A DNA stretch of 64,000 nucleotides from a virus. Positions 9,692 through 18,407 of this stretch are shown in pieces. The notes under the pieces were generated by a model. That model did not search any database. It saw only the letters and a list, made by a program, of their open reading frames with translations, and was not told the DNA's origin. Numbering within the stretch: position 1 is the stretch's first letter; each line of letters starts with the position of its first letter. The position numbers were made by a program, and so were the translations under genes. Location of the stretch: IMG/VR virus record IMGVR_UViG_3300009285_001996; one strand, given 5' to 3'.

Positions 9692-10582
9692 ATGAACGTC
9701 ATTCTTACTCATGTTGGTTCAAATATACAAAGTTATTCTAAATATGGATGGCATCAATTACGTGTATTTAATCCAAATATTGATATATATTTTATAGGGC
9801 AATCTCAATCGTTATTAGATAATAAAGATGATTTAAGAAAATATAATATTATACCAATTGAGGCAGAACAGTTTAATAATAATCAACTGATTAAAGAATT
9901 TAGAAGACTACAATGGTATGACGCCTGGGGTTCTCCAAACACGGTTTTCCCTAGTCCAAAAAACTTTGTTACAGGGACAAGTTTGAGATTATATACATTA
10001 AATGCGTTTTTGGAGCAAGCTAATTTAATAGATAGTATTCATTTAGAAAATGATATAATGATTTTTGCCGACCTATACAACCTAATGGTAAAAATAAAGA
10101 ATATCTATAATAAGTTTACTTGCACTGAAATACAAGACCATTACTCGTGTTGCGGGTTTACATATATACCACACCAAAAGCATTTAAATGATGTTTGCGT
10201 GTTTATGCTTAAACTATTAGAGTTAGGTGATAGTGGTATAAAAAATAAGTACAAATTTATTCCAATGGTACATGAAATGTTATTGATTTCTTTATGGGAA
10301 GATAAGATGCTCTTTCCCATATTGCCCACCGACCAATATTATGAAGAATTGGGGTGTTTGGTTGACGGATGTAGCGTTGGTCAGTTTTTGGGTGGCACGA
10401 ATTGTTTTGGTCAGGGCGAAGGGTATGTGTCTAGCGAGCATTTTGTTGGTCGTAAAATAATGGACGGTACATATAAACCAGTGATATTGGAAAAACTACC
10501 CTATCTGGTTGATAAAGAGGGTAAATTACACAAACTAGCAAATTTGCATATACACTCAAAGAAATTAGAAAATTTTTGTTAG
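9692..10582 (+). CDS. putative nucleotide-sugar transferase-like protein
   Basis: IHLENDIMIF (ExD), DGCSVGQFLGG, NLHIHSK; paralog of 10639-11505. Confidence 0.5.
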   Translation: MNVILTHVGSNIQSYSKYGWHQLRVFNPNIDIYFIGQSQSLLDNKDDLRKYNIIPIEAEQFNNNQLIKEFRRLQWYDAWGSPNTVFPSPKNFVTGTSLRLYTLNAFLEQANLIDSIHLENDIMIFADLYNLMVKIKNIYNKFTCTEIQDHYSCCGFTYIPHQKHLNDVCVFMLKLLELGDSGIKNKYKFIPMVHEMLLISLWEDKMLFPILPTDQYYEELGCLVDGCSVGQFLGGTNCFGQGEGYVSSEHFVGRKIMDGTYKPVILEKLPYLVDKEGKLHKLANLHIHSKKLENFC

Positions 10583-10642
10583 ATAATTAACGAAATTAAC
10601 AAAATAGAAGAAATACTAAAACAAGCATTAAATATACCATGA
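10583..10642 (+). pseudogene. 3'-terminal scar of a zinc-ribbon endonuclease gene
   Basis: encodes IINEINKIEEILKQALNIP*; 10592-10619 matches 15301-15328 at 26 of 28 nt. Confidence 0.7.
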
Positions 10643-11505
10643 AAATCGTACTCACCAGTGTGGGAAATTATCCCCCTCCGTATTTGCACCACTGTTTATC
10701 GCAAATTCGCCATTACGATAAAGATATAGAGGTAGTATTATTAACAGATCAGCTAATAAAATATAATGAGTGGGCAAAATATGATGTAGAATTAAAACTG
10801 GTTTGTGGACGGTGGTTAGACTCTATAAAAGAAGTTTCTCCGCACAAAGGATTAAAATCACCAAACGGGTATGAAGAAAATGACTGGTTATTTGGTACTT
10901 GCGCCCGCATTTTCGCTATAGCGGATTACCTAGAGGGGAACGATCAAAGTCTTTATCATTTAGAGTCGGACGTTTTGTTGTATACATCCCTGTCTGAGTT
11001 AGACCATAATTTTAGACAACTTACTCAATTTTCCTGCTTACGAGCCACGTTATCACATATAAGCCTTGCTTTCTCATACATCCCTAGTTATAGATCAATA
11101 GTTGGTGTTTGCGAACACATCTTGAGTGAGTATTCTAAAAGTGAAGAGTTTTTACTAAAAAAATATGAGACCACCCCAACCGAGATGGTTATATTGTCAA
11201 AATTTAATGATTTATACATACTACCTTCCTGCAATACAGATTTTGGATATGGTCAGTTTGGAGCCTACGATCCCGCCGCGATTGGTCAATTCCTAGCAGG
11301 ACGCCACGGACACGAGAATGATGAAAGCTGGTGTGAAGACAGACATTTTCTAGGAGCAAAATTTAAGTCAAAAGAATGGACGCCTGTTTTTCAGGATGGG
11401 GAACCATTTATTAGGGATAACACTGGCGGTTTATTGTACAAACTCAATTCTCTTCATATGCACGAAAAATCTAAAATGAGTCTATTTTTAAGTGGAGATA
11501 AATAA
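10639..11505 (+). CDS. putative nucleotide-sugar transferase-like protein
   Basis: YHLESDVLLY, DPAAIGQFLAG, NSLHMH; paralog of 9692-10582. Confidence 0.5.
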   Translation: MKIVLTSVGNYPPPYLHHCLSQIRHYDKDIEVVLLTDQLIKYNEWAKYDVELKLVCGRWLDSIKEVSPHKGLKSPNGYEENDWLFGTCARIFAIADYLEGNDQSLYHLESDVLLYTSLSELDHNFRQLTQFSCLRATLSHISLAFSYIPSYRSIVGVCEHILSEYSKSEEFLLKKYETTPTEMVILSKFNDLYILPSCNTDFGYGQFGAYDPAAIGQFLAGRHGHENDESWCEDRHFLGAKFKSKEWTPVFQDGEPFIRDNTGGLLYKLNSLHMHEKSKMSLFLSGDK

Positions 11506-11506
11506 T

Positions 11507-12178
11507 ATGGGAACGTTCATTGATGTTTATATGGAACAGTATTACAATATTCTAAACCAATTACCAGATAGACAACGAGGTGATTCATTTTTGAAAATGT
11601 TTGAATTTTTGTGTCAACAACCTAATCAGCAAGATGGACTAACTATAATTGAGACCGGAAGCCTGAGACCAGGAGGTTATGATATGCCGGGGGATGGGCA
11701 GAGCACTCTTTTATTCGACCATTTTTGCCGATGGCATAACTCGACTAGGCAAAAGCCATTTAAACACACAGAGTTATTTTCGATAGATATTAATTCTAAT
11801 ACTACACAACACGCCCACTCAAAGACAAGCGAATATACAAAATGTATAAATGATGATTCTATTAACTTTTTGTGGAATTTTCAAAGAACACCGAGCCTTG
11901 TTTACTTAGATAGCGCGGATATTAACTTTCATAATCCAATGGAGTCAAGCATCCATCACCTAAAAGAATTTGCCTGTGTAATGAGATTATTAGGGCTACC
12001 ACATAATCATCAGACATTGATTTGTGTTGATGACAACTGGTTCTCAGACCAAGACGGACGTATACCTAAAAATATCAAACCATCAGACGTTGGGAAGGGT
12101 AAACTAATCAAGGAGCTATTTGCCTCAATAGGCATAAAAGCGACACACGATAATTATCAGTTAATTTATATTATATAA
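11507..12178 (+). CDS. class I SAM-dependent methyltransferase (Methyltransf_24-like)
   Basis: IIETGSLR, LVYLDS, ICVDD, GKG motifs. Confidence 0.7.
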   Translation: MGTFIDVYMEQYYNILNQLPDRQRGDSFLKMFEFLCQQPNQQDGLTIIETGSLRPGGYDMPGDGQSTLLFDHFCRWHNSTRQKPFKHTELFSIDINSNTTQHAHSKTSEYTKCINDDSINFLWNFQRTPSLVYLDSADINFHNPMESSIHHLKEFACVMRLLGLPHNHQTLICVDDNWFSDQDGRIPKNIKPSDVGKGKLIKELFASIGIKATHDNYQLIYII

Positions 12179-12183
12179 CTAAC

Positions 12184-12873
12184 ATGGAATTGTACTTTTA
12201 TTATATGCAAAGATCGGGTAGTCACGCCATTGTAAATTGGTTAGCTAATTGTATACACTTAACTACTAACGAAACAGTCAGATTACATAATGTAGGGACA
12301 AAACATGATTATGGAAAAGGTAATTTCAAACATTTTCTTAAAGTACACGAGAATATACCGCCACCATCAAAGACCAAAAAAACCACAATTGTAATAATTA
12401 GAGATGTCTTCAATTGGGCAGCAAGCATCAGACAGTGCGACCTACAAAAATTTAAAAAAATCGAAACACCCAGAGAGAACTTTCCACTTGGGATTACTAT
12501 TACTGAAAAGGTTGGGACTACGCATAACCCGATACAAACCGCTCAAAAATATATCGAGATTGCCCATTCACAAAGCAAGAAAATCATTATCTTATTTAAT
12601 AAGTGGTTTTTAGAAGAAGATTATCGCCAAAATATATGTTCACAATTAAATATAGACTATTTTGAGGATGGATTAGATTGCGTTCCGTACTTTGGTGGAG
12701 GTGGAAGTTCGTTCGATGGTACAACTATGGATGGAAATGGCAGGAAGATGTTAGTAATAGAAAGGTGGCGGAATTTCGTAGATGACGACATATACATGAA
12801 TTTTTTGCGCGGAAATCCACGTTTAATAGAAGTGTCTAATTCACTGTTTAATTTTTGCCCAATCTCGCTATGA
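12184..12873 (+). CDS. sulfotransferase-fold protein
   Basis: 5'-PSB-like QRSGSHAI and 3'-PB-like R-x7-S (RDVFNWAAS). Confidence 0.6.
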   Translation: MELYFYYMQRSGSHAIVNWLANCIHLTTNETVRLHNVGTKHDYGKGNFKHFLKVHENIPPPSKTKKTTIVIIRDVFNWAASIRQCDLQKFKKIETPRENFPLGITITEKVGTTHNPIQTAQKYIEIAHSQSKKIIILFNKWFLEEDYRQNICSQLNIDYFEDGLDCVPYFGGGGSSFDGTTMDGNGRKMLVIERWRNFVDDDIYMNFLRGNPRLIEVSNSLFNFCPISL

Positions 12874-13517
12874 TTTCAGTAATAATTCCCTGCTTAGATA
12901 AGCATGTTTACCTTTTACCCGAGTTATTTGTGGCTTACGAAAACCAAACCGTTCGCCCTGATGAACTAATAGTGGTGGTTTCGGGCGACTTCAACACAAG
13001 TGAAATTTCCTGCTTAAATACCACGATCCCCCTAATAGTGTCCGTTTCAAAACAACGATTGTATGCGGGTGCCGCCAGACAGCGTGGCGTTGATATTTCC
13101 AATGGTGAGATAATTATATTTAATGACGCTGACGATATTCCGCATAGACAGAGGGTGGAGATAACCCATTATTTTTTCAATAAATTTAACACTGTACATT
13201 TAAACGGACTGTGGAAAAGTGGTGATTTCAAATTCACCTACAATATACCCAGAATACCATTTATATTAGCAGAGGAAATAATAGAGAGAAGTATACTTAA
13301 TTATAAGCCGTATGGGGGGTGGCTAGCGGCAAACGTTCACGCGGGCAACGTAGCGGTATCTAGAGAAGTTTTCGATAAGGTGGCGTGGACCAACAGTCAA
13401 AAGGGACAGGATATGGTGTTCTGTTTAGACTTACTACATACATTTAATAGGTCAATTATTGTGTTGGCAAATCTTATCAGATATAGAATTGAGTTATCGT
13501 CATGGGGGGTTGTGTGA
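12870..13517 (+). CDS. GT2 glycosyltransferase
   Basis: ISVIIPC, AGAARQRG, IIFNDADD. Confidence 0.85.
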   Translation: MISVIIPCLDKHVYLLPELFVAYENQTVRPDELIVVVSGDFNTSEISCLNTTIPLIVSVSKQRLYAGAARQRGVDISNGEIIIFNDADDIPHRQRVEITHYFFNKFNTVHLNGLWKSGDFKFTYNIPRIPFILAEEIIERSILNYKPYGGWLAANVHAGNVAVSREVFDKVAWTNSQKGQDMVFCLDLLHTFNRSIIVLANLIRYRIELSSWGVV

Positions 13518-14209
13518 TTAAATTAAATAGTGATGATATCTATTATATTTATAATATGTTTGTGGAGCCATACCATAAACAATTGGGTAAATACGAGGAT
13601 TTCTTCTGGTGGCTACAAAACTATAATAATAAAAAGTGGAATTGGGAAGGTAAAGACTTTCCTAGAGTTATAGCGTTATTAGAGTTCGCCAGTTATGTAA
13701 AAAAATATAATTTAGTTAGTAAAAAGGTTTTAACATTTAATGGAATTCACGACCCAGAATTAGAGTATCTTCCACATAACTCTGGTGTGGATTACTTGTA
13801 CGATAAACGAACTGAAGAAAACGATCTACATATTTGGAACCCGCCAATACATGACTTTGATTTTTGTTTATTAAATCAGACATTGGAACACGTTTATGAT
13901 CCCATACTTTGTTTACAAAATATACATACACATCTCCTGCCTAATTCATATATTTGGATAACCACACCTACAATTTCCATCCCTCACGAAACTCCACTAC
14001 ATTATTATAGTTATACGCCAACTGGACTTGGAGCAGTTATTATGTCTGCGGGGTTAAAAATTGTGGAGTGTGGCTGGTGGGGGAATCGTGAGTATCTTGA
14101 TAAACTTTTAAATATAGGATGGATTGATTATACAAATCTATGTATTGAGCCATTAAAAAATGATCCTAGATTTTCAGTAATAACATGGGTGCTAGCGAAA
14201 AAAATATAA
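13514..14209 (+). CDS. SAM-dependent methyltransferase (type 11-like)
   Basis: FDFCLLNQTLEHVYDP..L.P..ITTP..HETP.HY. Confidence 0.75.
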   Translation: MIKLNSDDIYYIYNMFVEPYHKQLGKYEDFFWWLQNYNNKKWNWEGKDFPRVIALLEFASYVKKYNLVSKKVLTFNGIHDPELEYLPHNSGVDYLYDKRTEENDLHIWNPPIHDFDFCLLNQTLEHVYDPILCLQNIHTHLLPNSYIWITTPTISIPHETPLHYYSYTPTGLGAVIMSAGLKIVECGWWGNREYLDKLLNIGWIDYTNLCIEPLKNDPRFSVITWVLAKKI

Positions 14210-14211
14210 AA

Positions 14212-15363
14212 ATGTATAAGTACAACAATATATTAACGAAAGAATTACTAGAAAAAATGTATATTGCGGACCAATTAAAACCAAAACAAATAGCTAAACT
14301 AGTAGGATGTAATATAAAAACAGTAAATTATTGGTTATATAAACACAAGGTTGTGGATAAAAAAGGCCACAAATTAATTGTTGGCGTAAATGATTTTAGT
14401 ACATTAAGACCGGATTTAGCTCAACAATGGCATCCAGAAAAAAACGGTAATAAACAGCCAAAAGATTTTACTATTGGAAGCGATAAAAAAATATGGTGGG
14501 TTGATGAATTAGGGCATGAGTGGTTGGCTGATATAAACCGTAGAGTAAATAGGGGGAGCGGCTGTCCTTATTGTGCTGGCAAACGAGTATTAATTGGTTT
14601 TAATGATTTAATTACAACACACCCACAACTTTGTAAACAATGGTCCCCTAAAAACCAATTTGGACCAGAAATGGTTAGTAAGGGCAGCAAAAAAATTGTA
14701 ATTTGGGTTGACGAAATTGGGCATGAGTGGAAAGCTTCTGTTTTAAGCAGAACGCATGGAAATGGTTGCCCTTATTGTGCTAGTAATATAGTTTTGGTAG
14801 GTTTTAATGATTTAGCCACAAAAAGACCTGATTTAATTAAAGAATGGAATTATGAAAAAAACATAAATATATTGCCAACACAATTTACACAATGTAGCGG
14901 TAAAAAGGTGTGGTGGAAATGTTTGAAGTGTGGAAATGAATGGGTATCAACTATTAGTAATAGATTTAATGGCTGTGGGTGCCCAAGATGTAGCAAGAGT
15001 CAATTAGAAAAAAGCACACATCTTGTTTTAGATAAACTTTTTATTAAATGTGAACCACAATATACCTCAACTAGATGTAAATATAAAAAATCGCTTCCAT
15101 TTGATTTTTATTTACCAGAATACAATTGTTGCATAGAATGTCAAGGAATTCAACATTATCCAAAAGAATTTAAGAAATCACATTTCGCTCAACTAGATTG
15201 GACTACAAACGACCAATTAATTGCTCAAAATAAAAGAGATAAAATCAAGCGTAATTTCTGCAAAAAGAATAAAATTAAACTAATTTATATAAAATACGAC
15301 GAAATTGACAAAATAGAAGAAATACTAATTAGAGAGTTAAATTTACAAGGAGAAAAGTTATGA
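14212..15363 (+). CDS. free-standing endonuclease: HTH + three zinc-ribbon repeats + PD-(D/E)xK domain, paralog of 3891-5018
   Basis: GFNDL.T..P.L..W..KN..GHEW..GCPYC repeats; FDFYLPEYNCCIECQGIQH. Confidence 0.8.
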   Translation: MYKYNNILTKELLEKMYIADQLKPKQIAKLVGCNIKTVNYWLYKHKVVDKKGHKLIVGVNDFSTLRPDLAQQWHPEKNGNKQPKDFTIGSDKKIWWVDELGHEWLADINRRVNRGSGCPYCAGKRVLIGFNDLITTHPQLCKQWSPKNQFGPEMVSKGSKKIVIWVDEIGHEWKASVLSRTHGNGCPYCASNIVLVGFNDLATKRPDLIKEWNYEKNINILPTQFTQCSGKKVWWKCLKCGNEWVSTISNRFNGCGCPRCSKSQLEKSTHLVLDKLFIKCEPQYTSTRCKYKKSLPFDFYLPEYNCCIECQGIQHYPKEFKKSHFAQLDWTTNDQLIAQNKRDKIKRNFCKKNKIKLIYIKYDEIDKIEEILIRELNLQGEKL

Positions 15364-15482
15364 CCTTACTAGAATTGGTGATAGTATTTTCAATTGGCTT
15401 ATTTGTTGGATGGAATTTTATACCACAACCGCAGTTTATTAAAGATTGGTTTGAAAATATAAAAAATCATTACTTAAAATAG
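15360..15482 (+). CDS. small membrane protein (40 aa), absent from the ORF track
   Basis: MTLLELVIVFSIGLFVGWNFIPQPQFIKDWFENIKNHYLK; AAGGAG RBS; ATGA overlap. Confidence 0.65.
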   Translation: MTLLELVIVFSIGLFVGWNFIPQPQFIKDWFENIKNHYLK

Positions 15483-15491
15483 GAGTAGTAA

Positions 15492-15935
15492 ATGAAGTAT
15501 TTATATATTATAATGGTCTTGTTGATTAGTTGTGGATGTGAGCAAGATAGTCCGCGTGTTACTCAAACCGTCGATCAAAACCAGACAGCAATAATAACGA
15601 GATCAAAAATTCCGCCTGATTATCTTGATGTTTACAATTGGTCAGAATGGGCGAAGCCTCCATTATGTTTAATCCAATTTGAAAAGGGTGAAGGCAATGA
15701 TTTTATATGCAGTAGAAATATAATCACAATTGATGACGGTGGCATAGTATTAAATGTAGATGGAAAAGAAAGTATATATCACAAGTCATTTTCTTTAACA
15801 CCATATAGGGGCGACCATAGATATCCGTGTCCAACGTTTAATGTTTGGCATCATTACCCAAATGGTAACGATTGCACATCAGAAAAATGTCCTAACTGTG
15901 GGAAAACAATTTGTGGGACAGTGTTTTATCATTAA
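15492..15935 (+). CDS. putative lipoprotein
   Basis: MKY + hydrophobic stretch + ISCGC lipobox-like motif; AGGAG RBS. Confidence 0.55.
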   Translation: MKYLYIIMVLLISCGCEQDSPRVTQTVDQNQTAIITRSKIPPDYLDVYNWSEWAKPPLCLIQFEKGEGNDFICSRNIITIDDGGIVLNVDGKESIYHKSFSLTPYRGDHRYPCPTFNVWHHYPNGNDCTSEKCPNCGKTICGTVFYH

Positions 15936-15946
15936 CGGAGAAAAAT

Positions 15947-16294
15947 ATGAAATATAAATATAAGTATACTGGCATAATTCTTAAGGTTGTAGACGGTGAT
16001 ACGATTGATGTCGATCTTGACCTTGGGTTTCGTATCTGGGTACGAGACCGCTTTCGACTATATGGCATCAACGCGCCCGAAATGAGCACTCCAGAGGGTG
16101 TGAAAGCTAAGAAGGAATTAGAAAAACTATTGCCAGTGGGCAAATTGGTTAACATAGATAGTCGCAAGGATAAGAAGGAGAAATATGGAAGATGGCTAGC
16201 TATTATTAAGTGTGGAAGTATAAATGTTAATAAACATATGTTGGAGAGTGGAAACGCTGTAGAATTTATGCTAGGGAAAGAGGAACATCTATAA
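15947..16294 (+). CDS. thermonuclease (SNase-like)
   Basis: VVDGDTIDV, RLYGINAPE, KYGRWLA. Confidence 0.92.
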   Translation: MKYKYKYTGIILKVVDGDTIDVDLDLGFRIWVRDRFRLYGINAPEMSTPEGVKAKKELEKLLPVGKLVNIDSRKDKKEKYGRWLAIIKCGSINVNKHMLESGNAVEFMLGKEEHL

Positions 16295-16740
16295 TGAATT
16301 TTCAGACAAGAGAAAAAGAATGTGAACTAATGGTATCTTTATTACCAAAAGACATAAAAACAGTATTAGAACCAACACCAGGGAAAGGAAACTTGGTGCG
16401 AGTATTGAAAAAACACGGATATGATGTAGTTGCACCAAATAATTTTTGGGATATTGATGGAAGATTTGATGCCGTTGTAATGAATCCACCATTTAGTCCA
16501 ATGAAAGTTGGTTATGAAATACTATACAAGGTTATGGAAATGACAGATGTAATTATAGCACTTATGCCGTGGTTAACAATAATAAATTCAAAAAAGAGAA
16601 CTAAAGACATTTATAATTTTGGTGTCAAATCTATACATAATTTACCAAGAGACGCTTTTAAGGGCTCTCGGGTACAAACATGTATATTAAATATGGAAAA
16701 TGGATATAATGGTAAAACATATATAGAACTTATTGTGTAA
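16294..16740 (+). CDS. compact N6-adenine DNA methyltransferase (gamma class)
   Basis: LEPTPGKGNL then FDAVVMNPPF; TAATG overlap with the SNase gene. Confidence 0.85.
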   Translation: MNFQTREKECELMVSLLPKDIKTVLEPTPGKGNLVRVLKKHGYDVVAPNNFWDIDGRFDAVVMNPPFSPMKVGYEILYKVMEMTDVIIALMPWLTIINSKKRTKDIYNFGVKSIHNLPRDAFKGSRVQTCILNMENGYNGKTYIELIV

Positions 16741-16758
16741 TATGATGGGGGTAATATA

Positions 16759-17559
16759 GTGAAATTAATACAAGGAACGCTATTTAAAGAGTTAGCTCAA
16801 CAGTATTCGCACACAAGACGAGGTTTTCGATTAGAATATGCACATACCCATGATACTAAAGACTTATTTGATAATATAAGGAAAGATAGCGAGAATTTGT
16901 ATGTGTGTATTACCCATAATAGTGATGGTTGTGTAATTCGTGGTAGTAATAGACCATACGATATTGATCCACTGGAGATGCCGCGAAATGTGGTTAAATT
17001 GTATTCTCAAAACGTATGTTATAATGATGATAGAATTATTCCCCTCGGTATTTTCCTCGAAAACAGTTATTGCTTCCCGTCCATAAATAAGCTAGAACAA
17101 ATTAGCAGGAAAAGGAACAGTATAAATTTAGATGGGGACAGACCTAATCTCGTTTATATGAATTTTAACCCTACCACTAATCCTGCAACTAGAACACCAG
17201 TATATGAATACTTTAAACAATTTGATTGGGTTACTGTTGACTGCCACCCTAATGGATTTCGGTATGAGTCATTTTTAGACAATTTGGCAACTCACAGATA
17301 CGTCCTCTGTCCCCCTGGTAATGGCGCAAGCTGTCACCGTGAATTCGAGGCGAGTTACCTTGGTTGTATACCTATTATGCTTTCCTGCATAAATAATCGT
17401 GAGTTTGAAGAAAACATGCCAATAGTAGCCATTAACGACTGGAGAGAGGTGGATGAACGCTATTTGGAAAGTTTTTATGTAGGCGTTAATTTAAGCGAAT
17501 TATATGATAACGATATGTTAGACTTTAATTACTGGAAAGAGCGGATATTAAATACATAG
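16759..17559 (+). CDS. exostosin-like (GT47-type) glycosyltransferase
   Basis: RYVLCPPGNG..HREFEA.YLGCIPI C-terminal signature. Confidence 0.7.
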   Translation: MKLIQGTLFKELAQQYSHTRRGFRLEYAHTHDTKDLFDNIRKDSENLYVCITHNSDGCVIRGSNRPYDIDPLEMPRNVVKLYSQNVCYNDDRIIPLGIFLENSYCFPSINKLEQISRKRNSINLDGDRPNLVYMNFNPTTNPATRTPVYEYFKQFDWVTVDCHPNGFRYESFLDNLATHRYVLCPPGNGASCHREFEASYLGCIPIMLSCINNREFEENMPIVAINDWREVDERYLESFYVGVNLSELYDNDMLDFNYWKERILNT

Positions 17560-17568
17560 AAATTACTA

Positions 17569-17879
17569 ATGGCAACACTTAAAAAAACTTTAACAAAAAA
17601 ATTTCTTTATCAAAAATATATAATAGAACAACTGTCATCATATCAGATAGCAAAGAGTGTTGGGTGTGATAGAAAAACAGTATCTAGGTATTTGAAAAAA
17701 TACTTTTTGAGACAAAAATATTTACATGATAACCTATCAACTATAGAAATAGCCACAAGTGTTGGTTGTTCTACAAGAACAGTATTAGACTACATAAAAA
17801 AATTGAGATAAAATTAATATATATAAAATATACAAAAATAGATCAAATAGAGGATATTTTAAATAATAACTTAATATAG
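17569..17879 (+). pseudogene. internally deleted endonuclease derivative: two HTH units + endonuclease C-terminal tail in the -1 frame
   Basis: LTKKFLYQKY..LS..IA..VGC...TV unit twice; A7 run at 17796-17802; -1 frame reads IEIKLIYIKYTKIDQIEDILNNNLI*. Confidence 0.65.
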
Positions 17880-17888
17880 GGAATAAAT

Positions 17889-18392
17889 ATGATTGAGTTG
17901 AATTTTGCAATAGATAGTTTAGATAAGTCACAGTGCTCTTTTTATCTAATAAATGAGTTATGTAAACATAAAAATAAAATTTCGCCGTTAATCTTTGTAT
18001 CAAATATTACAATCCTACCATTTGCGCCCCCCTGCCCCGTCCTGCACGCCGCTGAAGCATGGGGGCAGGAAGGAATTATGATTACGACCACGCCAGCCAC
18101 CACCTTTAAGTGTTTTAAATTTCCTAGATTAACAAGACGAATTTTTTACCTTTGGGATTTGTACTATTTAAGGGGAGGTAGAAGAGTATACGAGCCATAC
18201 CTAGACCTATTTAGCAGGGAAAACCTAGAAATAGTAGTAAGAAGCGAAAGTCATAAGCGGGCGGTGGAAAATTGTTTTAATGTTCAAGTTAAGGGTATAG
18301 TTGACAATTTTAACATGGACGATATGCTCAATGTGTTAAACATTGTAGATGATGGCTCGCCCAACAAACAGGTTTTAGTGCATGGTATTTAA
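17889..18392 (+). CDS. hypothetical protein, possibly glycosyltransferase-related
   Basis: 167-aa ORF; alpha/beta pattern with IFYLWD; function weakly supported. Confidence 0.45.
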   Translation: MIELNFAIDSLDKSQCSFYLINELCKHKNKISPLIFVSNITILPFAPPCPVLHAAEAWGQEGIMITTTPATTFKCFKFPRLTRRIFYLWDLYYLRGGRRVYEPYLDLFSRENLEIVVRSESHKRAVENCFNVQVKGIVDNFNMDDMLNVLNIVDDGSPNKQVLVHGI

Positions 18393-18407
18393 TATAGGGG
18401 TACAAAC

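Noticed and set aside
5020-14209. Host O-antigen/capsule locus (contig being bacterial chromosome)
   Set aside because: No wzx, wzy, wzm/wzt or initiating transferase. Genes are compact, interleaved with phage-type endonucleases and contiguous with phage genes.
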